Assembly (NCBI GenBank): GCA_021773295.1
Contig: JAJFKI010000025.1
Location: 1,965-65,964, forward strand
DNA: 64,000 nucleotides
Reading direction: 5' to 3'
Source: Gammaproteobacteria bacterium
GTDB lineage: Bacteria > Pseudomonadota > Gammaproteobacteria > UBA1113
Position 1 is the stretch's first letter. Each line of letters opens with the position of its first letter. Position numbers and translations under genes: made by a program. Positions 49,609-61,319 of the stretch are shown here, piece by piece. A model generated the notes under the pieces. That model ran no database searches. It was not told the origin of the DNA and saw nothing but the letters and a program-made list of their open reading frames with translations.

Positions 49609-51465
49609 ATGAATAAGTATCCATGGTGGAAGTATTTAATCATATTAGCCGTGATTGCCTTCGGTATTATTTACTCCGTCCCTAATTTATTTCCTGATGA
49701 TGTCGCCGTACAAATTTCTGCGCACACGGGTTATACCATGGATCAAGCAACCATAGACACGGTCAAAAAGACCTTAAGCTCCCATAATATTTCTTATAAA
49801 TCCATCACCAAGCAAGATGAGCATACGTTGCTGATTCGTTTTAAAACGGCAGAAGAACAATTGCGCGCTAATGATTTACTCAAAACTAACTTAGGGGATA
49901 ATTACACGGTCGCCTTAAATTTGGCATCTAGCACGCCGTACTGGATGACGGATATTGGTGCTAATCCCATGAAATTGGGGTTGGACTTACGAGGTGGTGT
50001 GCATTTCCTCCTGGCTATCGATGTGGAGTCCTTAATGAAGCGTCGCATCAATGGTGATGTGCGTAGCATTGGTTCGGAATTGCGGAATAAACGCGTCCGT
50101 TATCGTGGTTTAACCATGCAAGATAATGTCATTACCATTAACTTTAAAAAAGACGATGACTTAAACAAAGCTGTTACTATCATTAAACAAAACTTTCCTG
50201 AGTTACAATTGAAAATTAACCGTAGCGAAGGCAATGAATCGATTCGAGCACAAATGTCGCCGGAAGCGAAATTAAAATCGCAGAATTATGCCGTGGATCA
50301 AACCACCACGATTTTGCGAAATCGCATCAATGAACTCGGTATTGCCGAACCTATCGTACAACGTCAAGGTGCAGAACGCATTGCTGTTGATTTACCCGGC
50401 GTACAAGATACGGCGCGTGCGAAACAAATTTTGGGTGGTACGGCAACCTTAGAATTTCATTTAGTCGATGTTGAGCATGATCCTTCACAAGCAAAAACCA
50501 GTGGCGCTCCCTTTGGTACCAAACTTTATGTTTATGAAGACCGGCCCTATTTATTGAAAACCCAATCTATTCTTTCAGGCACATCCATTACCGGCGCATC
50601 CTCTACCATCGGTCATGATGGCAGACCTTCTGTTGATATCCGCTTAGGTGGCGGGGGTGAAGCCATGTTTTATCGCATCACCAGTGAAAACGTTGGTAAG
50701 CCTTTATCGATTGTGTATGTGGAAACAAAAATGCAAGCCAAAAAAGACGCTGGTAAGGTGACGTATATCCCGCGTAAAACGGAAAAAGTCATTAACATTG
50801 CTACCATTCAATCAGCGCTTGGGAATAATTTCCAAATCACCGGTTTAACCGATGCCAGAGAAGCACGTAACTTGGCCTTACTGTTAAGAGCAGGAGCCTT
50901 GCCGGCGCCGATTAGCATTATTGAAGAAAGCACCGTTGGTCCTAGCATGGGGCGTTCTAATATTGATAAAGGCTTATTATCTTTAGAACTTGGCATGATC
51001 TTTATTGTGGTGTTCATGGCGATTTATTACCGCTTGTTTGGTTTTTTTGCTGACATTGCTTTAATGTTTAATTTACTGTTACTCGTGGCGATTTTATCCA
51101 TTCTCGGTATGACGCTAACACTGCCGGGTATTGCGGGTATTGTCTTGTCAGTGGGTATGGCCATTGATGCCAATGTGCTTATCTTTGAACGGATACGAGA
51201 AGAGTTGCGTAATGGCATGTCGCCACAAGCGGCGATCAAAGCTGGTTACGAACGTGCCTTCGCCACGATTGTTGACTCGAATGTCACTACACTGATTGCA
51301 GGGGCTGCCTTGTTTGGCATTGCCACCGGTGCGATTCGCGGTTTTGCCGTGACTTTGTGTATCGGCTTAATGTGTTCAATGTTCACAACCATTACCGGCA
51401 CACGCGCTATAGTGAATTTAACCTATGGCACACGCAGTGTGAAAAAATTATCGATTGGTATTTAA
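49609..51465 (+). CDS. secD: protein translocase subunit SecD
   Basis: 618 aa with a large periplasmic domain and a C-terminal 6-TM block. Confidence 0.95.
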   Translation: MNKYPWWKYLIILAVIAFGIIYSVPNLFPDDVAVQISAHTGYTMDQATIDTVKKTLSSHNISYKSITKQDEHTLLIRFKTAEEQLRANDLLKTNLGDNYTVALNLASSTPYWMTDIGANPMKLGLDLRGGVHFLLAIDVESLMKRRINGDVRSIGSELRNKRVRYRGLTMQDNVITINFKKDDDLNKAVTIIKQNFPELQLKINRSEGNESIRAQMSPEAKLKSQNYAVDQTTTILRNRINELGIAEPIVQRQGAERIAVDLPGVQDTARAKQILGGTATLEFHLVDVEHDPSQAKTSGAPFGTKLYVYEDRPYLLKTQSILSGTSITGASSTIGHDGRPSVDIRLGGGGEAMFYRITSENVGKPLSIVYVETKMQAKKDAGKVTYIPRKTEKVINIATIQSALGNNFQITGLTDAREARNLALLLRAGALPAPISIIEESTVGPSMGRSNIDKGLLSLELGMIFIVVFMAIYYRLFGFFADIALMFNLLLLVAILSILGMTLTLPGIAGIVLSVGMAIDANVLIFERIREELRNGMSPQAAIKAGYERAFATIVDSNVTTLIAGAALFGIATGAIRGFAVTLCIGLMCSMFTTITGTRAIVNLTYGTRSVKKLSIGI

Positions 51466-51476
51466 GAGAGGCGCTG

Positions 51477-52394
51477 ATGGAATTTTTCAAACCAGATACA
51501 AACATTGATTTCATGGGCTTACGCAAATTAGCCGCTGTCATATCGGTCGTGGTGTGTGTGGCATCCTTAGTGGTGTTGGGCATGAAGGGGTTAAACTGGG
51601 GCTTAGAATTTACCGGTGGTACCGAAGTCAAAGTCGCTTACAGTGAGCCTGCCAATTTAAATCTCATACGACAAGCATTAACAAAAGCAGGGTTTGACGA
51701 TATCACAGTGCAAACCTATGGGACGTCTAAAAATGTGTTAATGCGTATGCGTGGTCATCAAAATTTAAAAAAGAAAACCATTGGCGACGAAATTATGTCA
51801 GCGCTACCCGGTAGTACCTTACTCAGTGTTGATTATATCGGACCGCAAGTGGGGAAAGAGTTAGCCACCAATGGTGCTTTGGCTTTATTCATTGCCATGT
51901 TGGGGACAGCAGTTTATGTGGCGCTGCGTTTTGAATACCGGTTTGCTGTAAGTGCGGCTGTGGCTTTGCTTCACGATCCGATCATTATCCTCGGTGTGTT
52001 TTCCTATTTCCAAATGGAATTCGATTTAATTTCCTTAGCGGCGATATTAACCATCATTGGTTATTCCCTTAATGACACCATCGTGGTCTTTGATAGGGTG
52101 CGGGAGAATTTCCGCAAGCATCGCAAGTTTTCTCCTTCAGAAATCGTCAATATGTCCGTCAATCAAACCTTGTCACGGACAATCATTACCTCTGGTTTGA
52201 CTTTGTTGGCGGTGCTAGCGCTCTTCTTCTATGGTGGTCAAACGCTGCATGGCTTTGCTACGGGCTTGTTGATTGGTATCGTTGTTGGCACATATTCTTC
52301 AATTTATGTGGCGGGAGCTTTGGCAGTTGTCTTAGGCTTGGATCGCCAGAACTTCTTACCTCAGAATAAAGAAGCGTTAGATAATCGCCCATAA
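51477..52394 (+). CDS. secF: protein translocase subunit SecF
   Basis: MEFFKPDTNIDFMGLRK matches the SecF N-terminus. The start was moved from the track's overlapping 51357. Confidence 0.9.
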   Translation: MEFFKPDTNIDFMGLRKLAAVISVVVCVASLVVLGMKGLNWGLEFTGGTEVKVAYSEPANLNLIRQALTKAGFDDITVQTYGTSKNVLMRMRGHQNLKKKTIGDEIMSALPGSTLLSVDYIGPQVGKELATNGALALFIAMLGTAVYVALRFEYRFAVSAAVALLHDPIIILGVFSYFQMEFDLISLAAILTIIGYSLNDTIVVFDRVRENFRKHRKFSPSEIVNMSVNQTLSRTIITSGLTLLAVLALFFYGGQTLHGFATGLLIGIVVGTYSSIYVAGALAVVLGLDRQNFLPQNKEALDNRP

Positions 52395-52397
52395 GCT

Positions 52398-53678
52398 TTA
52401 GGATTGGATGTAACGATTACGTCCTTGGCGCTTCGCTTCGTAGAGTGCATTGTCAGCTTTTGTGATGAGTTCGTCAGCGCTGCCAACATCCTTTGCCTTA
52501 ATCGTAAAGCAGCCGATACTGACGGTGAGGTAGGGTTTCACCGTTGAGTATTTATGCTCAATATTTTCTTCTGTCGTGTTTTGTAAGATGCGTTCAGCCA
52601 TTTGCGCAGCGGATTTTTTGTCTGAGCTGGGTAAGATGGCCACGAATTCTTCGCCACCGTAGCGGGCGATAAAATCACCAGAACGTTGTAAGGTGTGTTT
52701 TAGGATTTGCGCCATGTCATATAACACTTTGTCACCTTTGACATGGCCGTAATTATCGTTATAACTTTTAAAGCAATCAATATCGATCATGAACAATGTA
52801 ATATTGGCATTTTCCCGTTGGGCACGATGCAACTCTTTGCCTAAGGTTTCAAATAAAAAACGCCTATTTGGAATTTGGGTGAGTTCATCAACTTGTAACA
52901 AGGCATTAATTCGCTTGTTCTTTTCTGAAAGTGTAGAAATAAGTCTATCTTTTTCAATTTGTAAACAGATACTGTGACTCGTGATTCGGTTGCTGCGGTA
53001 CAGTGTTGTGATTAATACCATTAAATACAAGGTACATACGGCAGCGACCATCATATTTTCCCATGAAAATTGTACAGCAAAAAAGATAATGGGGGGAATT
53101 AGCATCGGTAATGTGTGCGACAAGTACGCGCGTATAACACTCGAGTGTGGGACAAGTGTGCTCGCTGCAATGCCGCCAAGCATGAGCAACATGAAAAAAT
53201 CACCGACGATGTCTAAACGTCTCGCATACACTAAAAAAATGATTGCCCATAAAGAGCCTGCAATAAAGGCCAGCACCATGAAGGTGTAGATGAGCTTCTT
53301 AGCATAGCTAGGTTTTTCCCAGAGTCGATGCCGGACCACTCTTTTTGCTTGGAAATAGCGGATGATTGTAAGGATACTGATCACAGACCAGCTAAAGAGC
53401 AAATCATGGGCAGTTAATTTTGGCCACAGCATAAAATTAACAAGGCTAATCAATATCACATTAAAAGCTATTATTTGAACTGTTTGTTCATATAAGTATT
53501 TAATTTTGAGCGAGGTAACTTTCTCCCTGAAGACTTTGTCGTCGATCATTTTGTTGTGGCTCGCTGTATTAATTAAGTTCCATTGAATAAAATGAGTATA
53601 GTTTAGAATACTCTTAATGGACACCTTAAATAAGCACTGTGGCGTACTTATCCAATACCAAAATTCGCATTTTAGCAT
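52398..53678 (-). CDS. diguanylate cyclase (GGDEF) with an N-terminal polytopic membrane sensor domain
   Basis: An RYGGEEF active-site motif and an I-site-like RxxD are present, along with an N-terminal ~7-TM region. Confidence 0.85.
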   Translation of the reverse strand: MLKCEFWYWISTPQCLFKVSIKSILNYTHFIQWNLINTASHNKMIDDKVFREKVTSLKIKYLYEQTVQIIAFNVILISLVNFMLWPKLTAHDLLFSWSVISILTIIRYFQAKRVVRHRLWEKPSYAKKLIYTFMVLAFIAGSLWAIIFLVYARRLDIVGDFFMLLMLGGIAASTLVPHSSVIRAYLSHTLPMLIPPIIFFAVQFSWENMMVAAVCTLYLMVLITTLYRSNRITSHSICLQIEKDRLISTLSEKNKRINALLQVDELTQIPNRRFLFETLGKELHRAQRENANITLFMIDIDCFKSYNDNYGHVKGDKVLYDMAQILKHTLQRSGDFIARYGGEEFVAILPSSDKKSAAQMAERILQNTTEENIEHKYSTVKPYLTVSIGCFTIKAKDVGSADELITKADNALYEAKRQGRNRYIQS

Positions 53679-53723
53679 ACGATGGGTATAGAATAGTCTT
53701 TTTCATAGAAATTAGATAAAACA

Positions 53724-54341
53724 ATGAACAACATGCTGTCACATTTAGCCGATGCTATGAGTCAATTAATTGCCATTTTCATACAAAACTTGCCCTCGGT
53801 GTTAATCTTAATGGCCGGTTTATGGGGGATTCACCTGATTAATTGGTTTTTGAAAGGGCGGTTATGCTATCTCGGTATTTACCCACGCCACTTGGCTGGC
53901 ATTCCTGGGATTGTCTTGTCGCCGTTTTTACATGCAGATTTTAATCATTTATTTTTTAATACCATTCCTTTATTCATATTGATTACCTTCATGCTAGTGC
54001 CGGGTTGGCTCTATTTTTGGTTAGCGACGGCCAGCATTGTCATTATGAGTGGGATTCTGATTTGGTTAGTCGGCAGGAAAGCCATTCATATCGGCGCTAG
54101 TTCACTCATCATGGGTTATTGGGCATTTATGCTAGTGAATACCTACCAACACCCCAGCCTATTTTCCATTATCTTAGGGATTTTGACCTTGTATTACCTG
54201 GGTAGTTTAGTGACGCATTTATTTCCTGCCGGCGGCGGTGTTTCTTGGGAAGGGCATCTTTGCGGATTTGTGGCAGGCTTAGTGACGGTGTGGGCAATGC
54301 CTTGGTTGATTACTAATATTCTTTTGCCTTTATTAAGGTGA
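53724..54341 (+). CDS. rhomboid-family intramembrane serine protease
   Basis: Six transmembrane helices. GASS in TM4 is the GxSG catalytic-Ser motif, and His lies in the C-terminal helix (EGHLCGFVAG). Confidence 0.7.
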   Translation: MNNMLSHLADAMSQLIAIFIQNLPSVLILMAGLWGIHLINWFLKGRLCYLGIYPRHLAGIPGIVLSPFLHADFNHLFFNTIPLFILITFMLVPGWLYFWLATASIVIMSGILIWLVGRKAIHIGASSLIMGYWAFMLVNTYQHPSLFSIILGILTLYYLGSLVTHLFPAGGGVSWEGHLCGFVAGLVTVWAMPWLITNILLPLLR

Positions 54342-54502
54342 TTCTTTTGTATAAGTTCGGTGTGGGGGCCTTATTACACTTTATTTTTCATGGGGGGGCA
54401 AAAGAATTTCTGGGTTGTGTGTTTGTGGTGGGGTGAGCAGTGAGATGTATCTTTTTTATTCTGGATTCTGTATATTACAGTCCCTGGGAATAATGGGAGC
54501 AA

Positions 54503-55462
54503 ATGATGATTTTAGATAATATCCTTCAGGCCATTGGCAACACACCTACGGTGAAAATTAATCGCGTTGGGGCGGATTTGCCCTGTGAGTTTTATGGAAA
54601 GTGTGAATTTTTGAATCCTGGCGGAGCTGTGAAAGATAGGATTGGCTACCATATGGTGGAAGAGGCAGAGAAGTCTGGGTGGATTAAGCCTGGGGATACG
54701 TTAATTGAGCCTACCTCGGGGAATACAGGCATAGGTATGGCGCTGGCTGGCGCCGTGAAGGGCTATAAAGTTATTATTACCATGCCGGAGAAAATGAGCC
54801 ATGAGAAGCAAGTGGTGCTCGAAGCCTTGGGGGCTGACATCGTGCGTACCCCAACAGAAGCGGCTTGGGATGCGCCGGAGAGTCATATTGGGGTCGCCAA
54901 GCGCATGCAGCAAGAATTACCAAATGCCTATATATTGGATCAATACGCTAACCCTGCGAATACCGATGCTCACTATCAATTTACTGCGCAGGAAATTATT
55001 GATGATTTTGGGGATAACTTGCATATGGTCGTCATGGGTGTTGGTACGGGTGGTACCATTACTGGTGTTGCAAAGCGCTTGAAAGAATTTAATCGTGATA
55101 TTCAAATTATTGGTGTCGATCCCTATGGCTCAATACTAGGCGGCGGTGATGAAGTGTATCCTTACCATGTCGAAGGCATTGGTTATGATTTTTTCCCGAA
55201 GGTGTTAGATAACAACTTGATTGATCACTATGTCAAAGTTAATGACGCAGACTCTTTTAGAGTAGCACGGCAATTGATTAAGGAAGAAGGTTTGCTCATT
55301 GGTGGTTCCAGTGGTTCGGCCATGTGGGCGGCCATGCAAATGGCAGATAGATTAAAACCTGGGCAACGTTGTCTCGTGTTATTACCGGATTCTATTCGTA
55401 ATTATCTAACAAAATTTGTTGATGATACCTGGATGCTAAAAGAAGGTTTTGAGTTGAATTAA
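54503..55462 (+). CDS. PLP-dependent cysteine synthase / cystathionine beta-synthase family enzyme
   Basis: PLP-lysine region, TSGNTGIG and GIGYDF... match the CysK/CBS fold, at 319 aa. Confidence 0.85.
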   Translation: MMILDNILQAIGNTPTVKINRVGADLPCEFYGKCEFLNPGGAVKDRIGYHMVEEAEKSGWIKPGDTLIEPTSGNTGIGMALAGAVKGYKVIITMPEKMSHEKQVVLEALGADIVRTPTEAAWDAPESHIGVAKRMQQELPNAYILDQYANPANTDAHYQFTAQEIIDDFGDNLHMVVMGVGTGGTITGVAKRLKEFNRDIQIIGVDPYGSILGGGDEVYPYHVEGIGYDFFPKVLDNNLIDHYVKVNDADSFRVARQLIKEEGLLIGGSSGSAMWAAMQMADRLKPGQRCLVLLPDSIRNYLTKFVDDTWMLKEGFELN

Positions 55463-55515
55463 TTAAATTAGACCATACCTTAATGTAAGGAAGGACATAA
55501 AAGAGGTAATGAGTG

Positions 55516-58104
55516 ATGCGCATGGATAAATTAACGAGTAAGTTTTATAACGCCATTGGTGAGGCCCAGTCTATCGCGGTGGGTCGGGATAATGCTTTTT
55601 TAGAGCCAGTGCATGTGTTAAAAGCTATGCTGGATCAGCAGGGCAGCACCATCCGACATTTACTCACCAAGGCTAATGTTAAAAATATATCGAGCTTTTG
55701 TGCCAGTGTGGATGAAGCACTAGACAGATTACCACAAGTCACCGGCCAAGCCGGTGAAGTTGGGGTGTCTAATGAATTAAATCGTTTACTGAATGTGACG
55801 GATAAATTGGCGCAACAACGTAACGATCAATACATTTCCAGTGAATTATTTCTGTTAGCTGCTTTTGAATTCGATAATAATTTACAAGACTTATTGAAAA
55901 CAGCCAGCGTGACCAAACAAGCGATTGAACAAGCTATTGATGACATGCGTGGTGGTCAGCAAGTCAATGATCCTAATGCCGAAGAAAATCGTGAAGCCTT
56001 ATCAAAATACACTATCGATCTCACTGAGCGCGCAGAGCAAGCCAAATTAGATCCCGTCATCGGTCGCGATCAAGAAATTCGCCGTACTATTCAAGTGTTA
56101 CAACGTCGCACCAAAAATAATCCCGTACTTATTGGTGAACCGGGCGTGGGTAAGACAGCCATCGTCGAAGGCTTAGCGCAGCGTATTGTTAACGGCGAAG
56201 TACCGGAAGGGATTAAAGGCAAACGCTTACTATCTTTAGACCTAGGTGCACTGATCGCTGGTGCAAAATATCGCGGTGAATTTGAAGAACGTTTAAAAGC
56301 GGTACTCAATGATTTGAGTAAACAAGAAGGGCAAATTATTTTATTTATCGATGAATTGCACACCATGGTAGGTGCCGGTAAAGCAGAAGGGGCGATGGAT
56401 GCGGGCAATATGTTAAAGCCTGCATTAGCGCGCGGTGAATTGCATTGTATCGGTGCAACGACGCTCGATGAATATCGTCAATACGTTGAAAAAGATGCAG
56501 CCTTAGAGCGTCGTTTCCAAAAGATTCTTGTGGAAGAGCCCAATGTTGAAGATACCATTGCCATATTGCGGGGATTGAAAGAGCGTTATGAAATTCATCA
56601 TGGTGTACAAATTACCGACTCTGCGATTGTGGCTGCAGCGACCTTATCTCATCGTTACATCACCGATCGTAAACTACCAGACAAAGCTATTGATTTGATC
56701 GATGAAGCTGGTAGTAATATTCGTATGGAAATCGATTCCATGCCGGAAGAAATGGATACCTTAGAACGAAAATTAATTCAATTAAAAATCGAACGTGAAG
56801 CCTTGAAAAAAGAAGAAGATGAGGCGTCTAAAAAACGTTTGGGTAAATTAAATGGTGACATCAAAGAATTAGAACGTAAATTCGCCGACTTAGAAGAAAT
56901 TTGGAAAGCCGAAAAAGCGGCACTACAAGGCACGCAACATATTAAAGAAGCCTTAGAGCGGGCAAAAGCGGAAATGGAAACTGCGCGACGTGCTGGAGAT
57001 TTAGCAAGAATGTCTGAGTTGCAGTATGGGACAATCCCAGAGTTAGAAAAACAATTGCAAAACGCTGCAGACAGCGAACAAAAAGAAACGCAATTAGTGC
57101 GTAACAAAGTCACAGAAGAAGAAGTTGCTGAAATCGTTTCTAAGTGGACACACATTCCTGTTAGCAAGATGTTAGAGGGCGAACGTGAAAAATTATTGCA
57201 AATGGAAGAGGCATTGCACCAACGTGTCATTGGACAAGATGAAGCGGTTAATGTCGTGGCCAATGCCATCAGGCGCTCACGTGCAGGCTTGGCGGATCCA
57301 AACCGCCCAGTGGGTTCATTCTTATTTTTAGGTCCAACGGGTGTTGGTAAAACCGAACTTTGTAAAACTTTGGCAAGTTTCTTATTTGATTCTGAAGAAG
57401 CCATGGTACGCATTGATATGTCTGAGTTTATGGAAAAGCATGCGGTGGCGCGTTTGATTGGTGCACCTCCTGGCTATATTGGCTACGAAGAAGGGGGGTA
57501 TCTCACTGAAGCTATCAGGCGCAAACCTTATTCTGTGATTTTGTTGGATGAAGTGGAAAAAGCCCACCCTGATGTGTTTAATATTTTATTACAAGTATTA
57601 GATGATGGTCGTTTGACCGATAGCCATGGCCGTACGGTGGATTTTCGTCACGCAGTGATTGTGATGACGTCTAATTTAGGCTCTAATTTGATCCAAGAAT
57701 ATGCTGAAAAAGGTGAGTATGATCAAATGAAAAAAGCCGTGATGGATATGGTTGGCCAGCATTTTCGCCCTGAATTTATTAACCGTGTCGATGATACCGT
57801 GGTCTTTAAACCATTAGAAGCTGAACAAATCAAGAAAATTGCTGCTATTCAAATCCAACGCGTCGCTTCCCGTCTACGTGCGAGAGAGATTAAATTAGAT
57901 GTGGATGATGCAGCATTGCTGTTCTTAGCGCGTGCTGGCTTTGATCCAATTTATGGTGCTAGGCCCTTAAAACGTGCGATTCAGCAACACTTGGAAAATC
58001 CTTTAGCCGAAGCTATGTTGCAGGGGGAATATGCGGCAGGTACCATGGTGAACGTCACAGTGAAAGATAATGCATTACAATTTGTGAGCAGTAGTTCAGA
58101 GTAG
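55516..58104 (+). CDS. clpB: ATP-dependent chaperone ClpB
   Basis: Near-colinear with E. coli ClpB (two AAA+ modules and the middle coiled coil; [25 protein letters not shown]). The start is at MRMDKL. Confidence 0.97.
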   Translation: MRMDKLTSKFYNAIGEAQSIAVGRDNAFLEPVHVLKAMLDQQGSTIRHLLTKANVKNISSFCASVDEALDRLPQVTGQAGEVGVSNELNRLLNVTDKLAQQRNDQYISSELFLLAAFEFDNNLQDLLKTASVTKQAIEQAIDDMRGGQQVNDPNAEENREALSKYTIDLTERAEQAKLDPVIGRDQEIRRTIQVLQRRTKNNPVLIGEPGVGKTAIVEGLAQRIVNGEVPEGIKGKRLLSLDLGALIAGAKYRGEFEERLKAVLNDLSKQEGQIILFIDELHTMVGAGKAEGAMDAGNMLKPALARGELHCIGATTLDEYRQYVEKDAALERRFQKILVEEPNVEDTIAILRGLKERYEIHHGVQITDSAIVAAATLSHRYITDRKLPDKAIDLIDEAGSNIRMEIDSMPEEMDTLERKLIQLKIEREALKKEEDEASKKRLGKLNGDIKELERKFADLEEIWKAEKAALQGTQHIKEALERAKAEMETARRAGDLARMSELQYGTIPELEKQLQNAADSEQKETQLVRNKVTEEEVAEIVSKWTHIPVSKMLEGEREKLLQMEEALHQRVIGQDEAVNVVANAIRRSRAGLADPNRPVGSFLFLGPTGVGKTELCKTLASFLFDSEEAMVRIDMSEFMEKHAVARLIGAPPGYIGYEEGGYLTEAIRRKPYSVILLDEVEKAHPDVFNILLQVLDDGRLTDSHGRTVDFRHAVIVMTSNLGSNLIQEYAEKGEYDQMKKAVMDMVGQHFRPEFINRVDDTVVFKPLEAEQIKKIAAIQIQRVASRLRAREIKLDVDDAALLFLARAGFDPIYGARPLKRAIQQHLENPLAEAMLQGEYAAGTMVNVTVKDNALQFVSSSSE

Positions 58105-58182
58105 CTGATCCTTGGGCCCGCATTATTTACTACTTGCCAATTAAATGATACCTTTGACACTCATTGATAAGGGAGCTCAAGC

Positions 58183-58731
58183 ATGAAACGATTTTTACTT
58201 TTTGGATTACTCTTCTTTTTCGCAGTGGCAAATGCGCAGAGTTTGCATCCCGAGCTCGTGCTTAACAAAATTACTCAAGTGAAGGCGAGTGAAAAGAAAG
58301 ACGAGATTTATCTTACTATTACCGAGTTTTCTTCAACGGGTAAAAATCGACATTATACCATTCCGCAATACCCAATTACCTGGCCCCAAGCAGCACTGCC
58401 GCAGGTAAAAGATTTATCTGTTTGGAAAAATACACTGGCGCCTGGAGAAAGTGCTGAAATTGTGGTTTCTGTGGTTGAGCATGATGTACCGCCTTGGAAT
58501 ACCGATGACTTAGTGGGTACCATGAAATTACGCCTTAAGAATACCAATGGTCAATTGCAACATGAGTGGGCTTATATGGGCTCAGGTGTCAGGGGTATGG
58601 GCACGAAGTTACAAACCAATTTAAACCAAGTGTTTAACTTTGATGATGCTGAAGGTGAATACAAATTAAATTTCCAATTATTAGAAAATAATTCAGCAGC
58701 GATGCCGACTCAGCAAAAAACAACGGGGTAG
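58183..58731 (+). CDS. secreted hypothetical protein
   Basis: A signal peptide (MKRFLLFGLLFFFAVANAQS) is present and there is no family signal. Confidence 0.6.
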   Translation: MKRFLLFGLLFFFAVANAQSLHPELVLNKITQVKASEKKDEIYLTITEFSSTGKNRHYTIPQYPITWPQAALPQVKDLSVWKNTLAPGESAEIVVSVVEHDVPPWNTDDLVGTMKLRLKNTNGQLQHEWAYMGSGVRGMGTKLQTNLNQVFNFDDAEGEYKLNFQLLENNSAAMPTQQKTTG

Positions 58732-58737
58732 ACAACG

Positions 58738-59184
58738 ATGAAGGGCTCGAAAAGAAGAAACAGTTCGATCTTAATATGTGCTTTGTCAGTAATAGTCTTG
58801 TTGAGTGGATGCCAAGAAAATACGGTAAAAACCCCCTATCACAACGCTTATAATAAAGACATTGGCGCTTATGCACCAAAACAATATTCTCATGCTTATA
58901 ATTATTTTTATTCTCGCGCAATCCAAGGTGATGCTGCTGCAGAGAATAATTTAGGCCATATGTACATGGATGGTCGTGGGATAAAACAAGACTCTACGAA
59001 AGCTATTTATTGGTATACCCAAGCGGCTAATCAAGGCTATCGTGCGGCGCAAGTGAACTTAGGCGTCGCTTATTTATACGGCCGTGGGACACTAAAAGAT
59101 AAACAAAAAGCATGCCATTGGTTATTGCTAGCAAAGCGCAAGGGCAGTAAGACGGCGACCGATTATTATCGGCGAAAATGCTAA
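58738..59184 (+). CDS. Sel1-repeat lipoprotein
   Basis: The lipobox is LLSGC. Two Sel1/TPR-like repeats are present (NNLGHMYMDGRGIKQD...QVNLGVAYLYGRG). Confidence 0.7.
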   Translation: MKGSKRRNSSILICALSVIVLLSGCQENTVKTPYHNAYNKDIGAYAPKQYSHAYNYFYSRAIQGDAAAENNLGHMYMDGRGIKQDSTKAIYWYTQAANQGYRAAQVNLGVAYLYGRGTLKDKQKACHWLLLAKRKGSKTATDYYRRKC

Positions 59185-59342
59185 GAGGAATCGCGAGTTT
59201 CATCCTTTATTCTAGGCCCATTCTTCCCACGTCGTCTTCTCGGCCTTGAGCCGGGAAGACGACGCAGCTAGACCAAATCAGAATCACGGACAAAAAATGC
59301 AAAAAAGTGTCGATTCCTCAGCCAGCAAGCACAAAAGAAGCA

Positions 59343-59630
59343 TCAATTATCTTCTTCATCCTCTTTACAAATCTTTAAGTGGTTTTTTTGCGCAAATTTT
59401 AAGATGGAATTATAAAGATCAGGGTTGGATTTTTTTAAAGCGGGATCTAGCATGACACATTTATTACCATCTTTGACAGACGGTTGTAATAGTGGTGAAT
59501 AAATAATCCGATGTTTACGAAAGGTGGATAAGGTACCGCTCATGCGCTCCGCCCAATCGCTGGGGCGAAATTTCTCGCCACTCTCGGTGACGCCTTCTAT
59601 GATTATTTTTTTATCATCTTTATCTGACAT
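59343..59630 (-). CDS. small conserved hypothetical protein (possibly DUF3579-like)
   Basis: 95-aa ORF. The family assignment is from memory only and is uncertain. Confidence 0.5.
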   Translation of the reverse strand: MSDKDDKKIIIEGVTESGEKFRPSDWAERMSGTLSTFRKHRIIYSPLLQPSVKDGNKCVMLDPALKKSNPDLYNSILKFAQKNHLKICKEDEEDN

Positions 59631-59725
59631 GTCGCTAACTTATTGTAAAATTCAAGGGTTTTTAGGATAATAGCTGACACAAGTATAGCACCCAGAAAGC
59701 ATTGCTTTCCAACCAGTGATTTAAT

Positions 59726-60469
59726 ATGAACGATACAATGAAAAATAAACGTCGCAAAGGTATTTATTTACTACCTAACTTATTCACCACTGCCGGTTTA
59801 TTCGCAGGGTTTTATGCCATTGTCGCTGCCATGAAAGGCTTATTTCATGAAGCGGCTTTTGCTATTTTCATCGCAATGGTCATGGATACCCTGGATGGTC
59901 GAGTGGCAAGATTAACGAATACTGAGACAGACTTTGGCTTCCAGTATGATAGTTTGGCTGATGTCGTGTCTTTTGGCATTGCTCCAGCTTTAGTGGTTTA
60001 TAGCTGGTCTTTGTTTAGTTTAGGGAAACTTGGCTGGCTGGCGGCCTTTGTTTTTGCGGCGACGACGGCGTTGCGCTTGGCGCGTTTTAACACGCAAGTT
60101 AGCACTGTTGATAGAAAATATTTTCAAGGTATGCCATCGCCCGCGGGGGCTGGGATCATTGCCAGCATGGTCTTGTTTGGCAGTAGCTACGGTTTACCAG
60201 CCATTCACTTAGCACCTATCATTGCACTGCTCACTGTGCTTGCGGGGATCTTAATGGTGAGCAATGTTCGCTATTATAGTTTCAAGAAAATTGACTTCAA
60301 AGGTCGTGTACCATTTTTTGCAATCGTTTTTGTGTTACTTGTCTTTGTTGCCATTAGCATTAATCCTCCGGGTATTTTGTTTTTAGGGTTCTTTGGCTAC
60401 GGTGTGTCCGGTGTTGTTATGACACTGTGGGGTTTGCGTCAAAAACGTAAGGCACGCAAAAAAACATGA
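59726..60469 (+). CDS. pssA: CDP-diacylglycerol--serine O-phosphatidyltransferase (CDP-alcohol phosphatidyltransferase family)
   Basis: MVMDTLDGRVARL... matches the D-G-x-A-R...D-x-x-D motif. A polytopic membrane protein of 247 aa. Confidence 0.85.
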   Translation: MNDTMKNKRRKGIYLLPNLFTTAGLFAGFYAIVAAMKGLFHEAAFAIFIAMVMDTLDGRVARLTNTETDFGFQYDSLADVVSFGIAPALVVYSWSLFSLGKLGWLAAFVFAATTALRLARFNTQVSTVDRKYFQGMPSPAGAGIIASMVLFGSSYGLPAIHLAPIIALLTVLAGILMVSNVRYYSFKKIDFKGRVPFFAIVFVLLVFVAISINPPGILFLGFFGYGVSGVVMTLWGLRQKRKARKKT

Positions 60470-61248
60470 ATCTTGCTGAAGGTTCATGGCAGCTTGATTT
60501 TTTAGAGTCGCCTTTATATCATGTTTTATCACATTTCAACATCTCTCACTTCTCTGAGTGGCCAAGTCACACACAATTAAATCAATCAGCCAGGCAGTGG
60601 TGTTCTCATTTATGCAATGCAAAGGGCAAAGAAATTACGTTTGTGCCTCAGGATAAGCGTGGTCGTATTTCTGCTGATGAACAGTATGAACCAAGGATCT
60701 ATTTAAAAGCAGAAGTGCAAACACGCCAACGTAATTGGCATGATTATTTCAATGCGTGCTGCTGGTGTCTCTACCCAAAGAGCAAAGCGCTGCTGAATGC
60801 GCTGCAATATCAAGATATTTTGAACCATGGGATCGGAAATCGCTCACGCCAACAAAATGTATTAACGCAATTTGATGAATGTGGTGTAGTGATTGTCTGT
60901 CAGCAGCCAGCATTAATTACATTATTGCGCCAACATCAATGGCAAGCATTATTGTGGCAACGCCGTGACGCTGTGTTGCAGCATATGCAGTGCTATGTTT
61001 TTGGTCATGCTCTTTTTGAAAAAGCGATGAAGCCGTATCTTGGATTAACGGCTAAAGCCATCATTCTTGATATGCCTAAGCTTGCATTGCCGCAGTTAGA
61101 TGCAATCATTGCGGATTATTTCAGACAAAAAAAATGGCAAGCTAATGAGAAACCACTTCAACCTTTCCCATTACTGGGCTATCCAGGCTGGCATCCTGAA
61201 CAAAGCTTAAACTTTTATCAGAATACTACATACTTTCGTGGGAGTTAA
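60466..61248 (+). CDS. conserved hypothetical protein
   Basis: 260-aa ORF, start-coupled to pssA, with no catalytic motif recognised. Confidence 0.55.
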   Translation: MNLAEGSWQLDFLESPLYHVLSHFNISHFSEWPSHTQLNQSARQWCSHLCNAKGKEITFVPQDKRGRISADEQYEPRIYLKAEVQTRQRNWHDYFNACCWCLYPKSKALLNALQYQDILNHGIGNRSRQQNVLTQFDECGVVIVCQQPALITLLRQHQWQALLWQRRDAVLQHMQCYVFGHALFEKAMKPYLGLTAKAIILDMPKLALPQLDAIIADYFRQKKWQANEKPLQPFPLLGYPGWHPEQSLNFYQNTTYFRGS

Positions 61249-61319
61249 CCCTATTGTTAATATTGCTAATTAACACTAAGATAAGGGATTAGATTTTTTG
61301 CATTAAGGGATAGCAACGC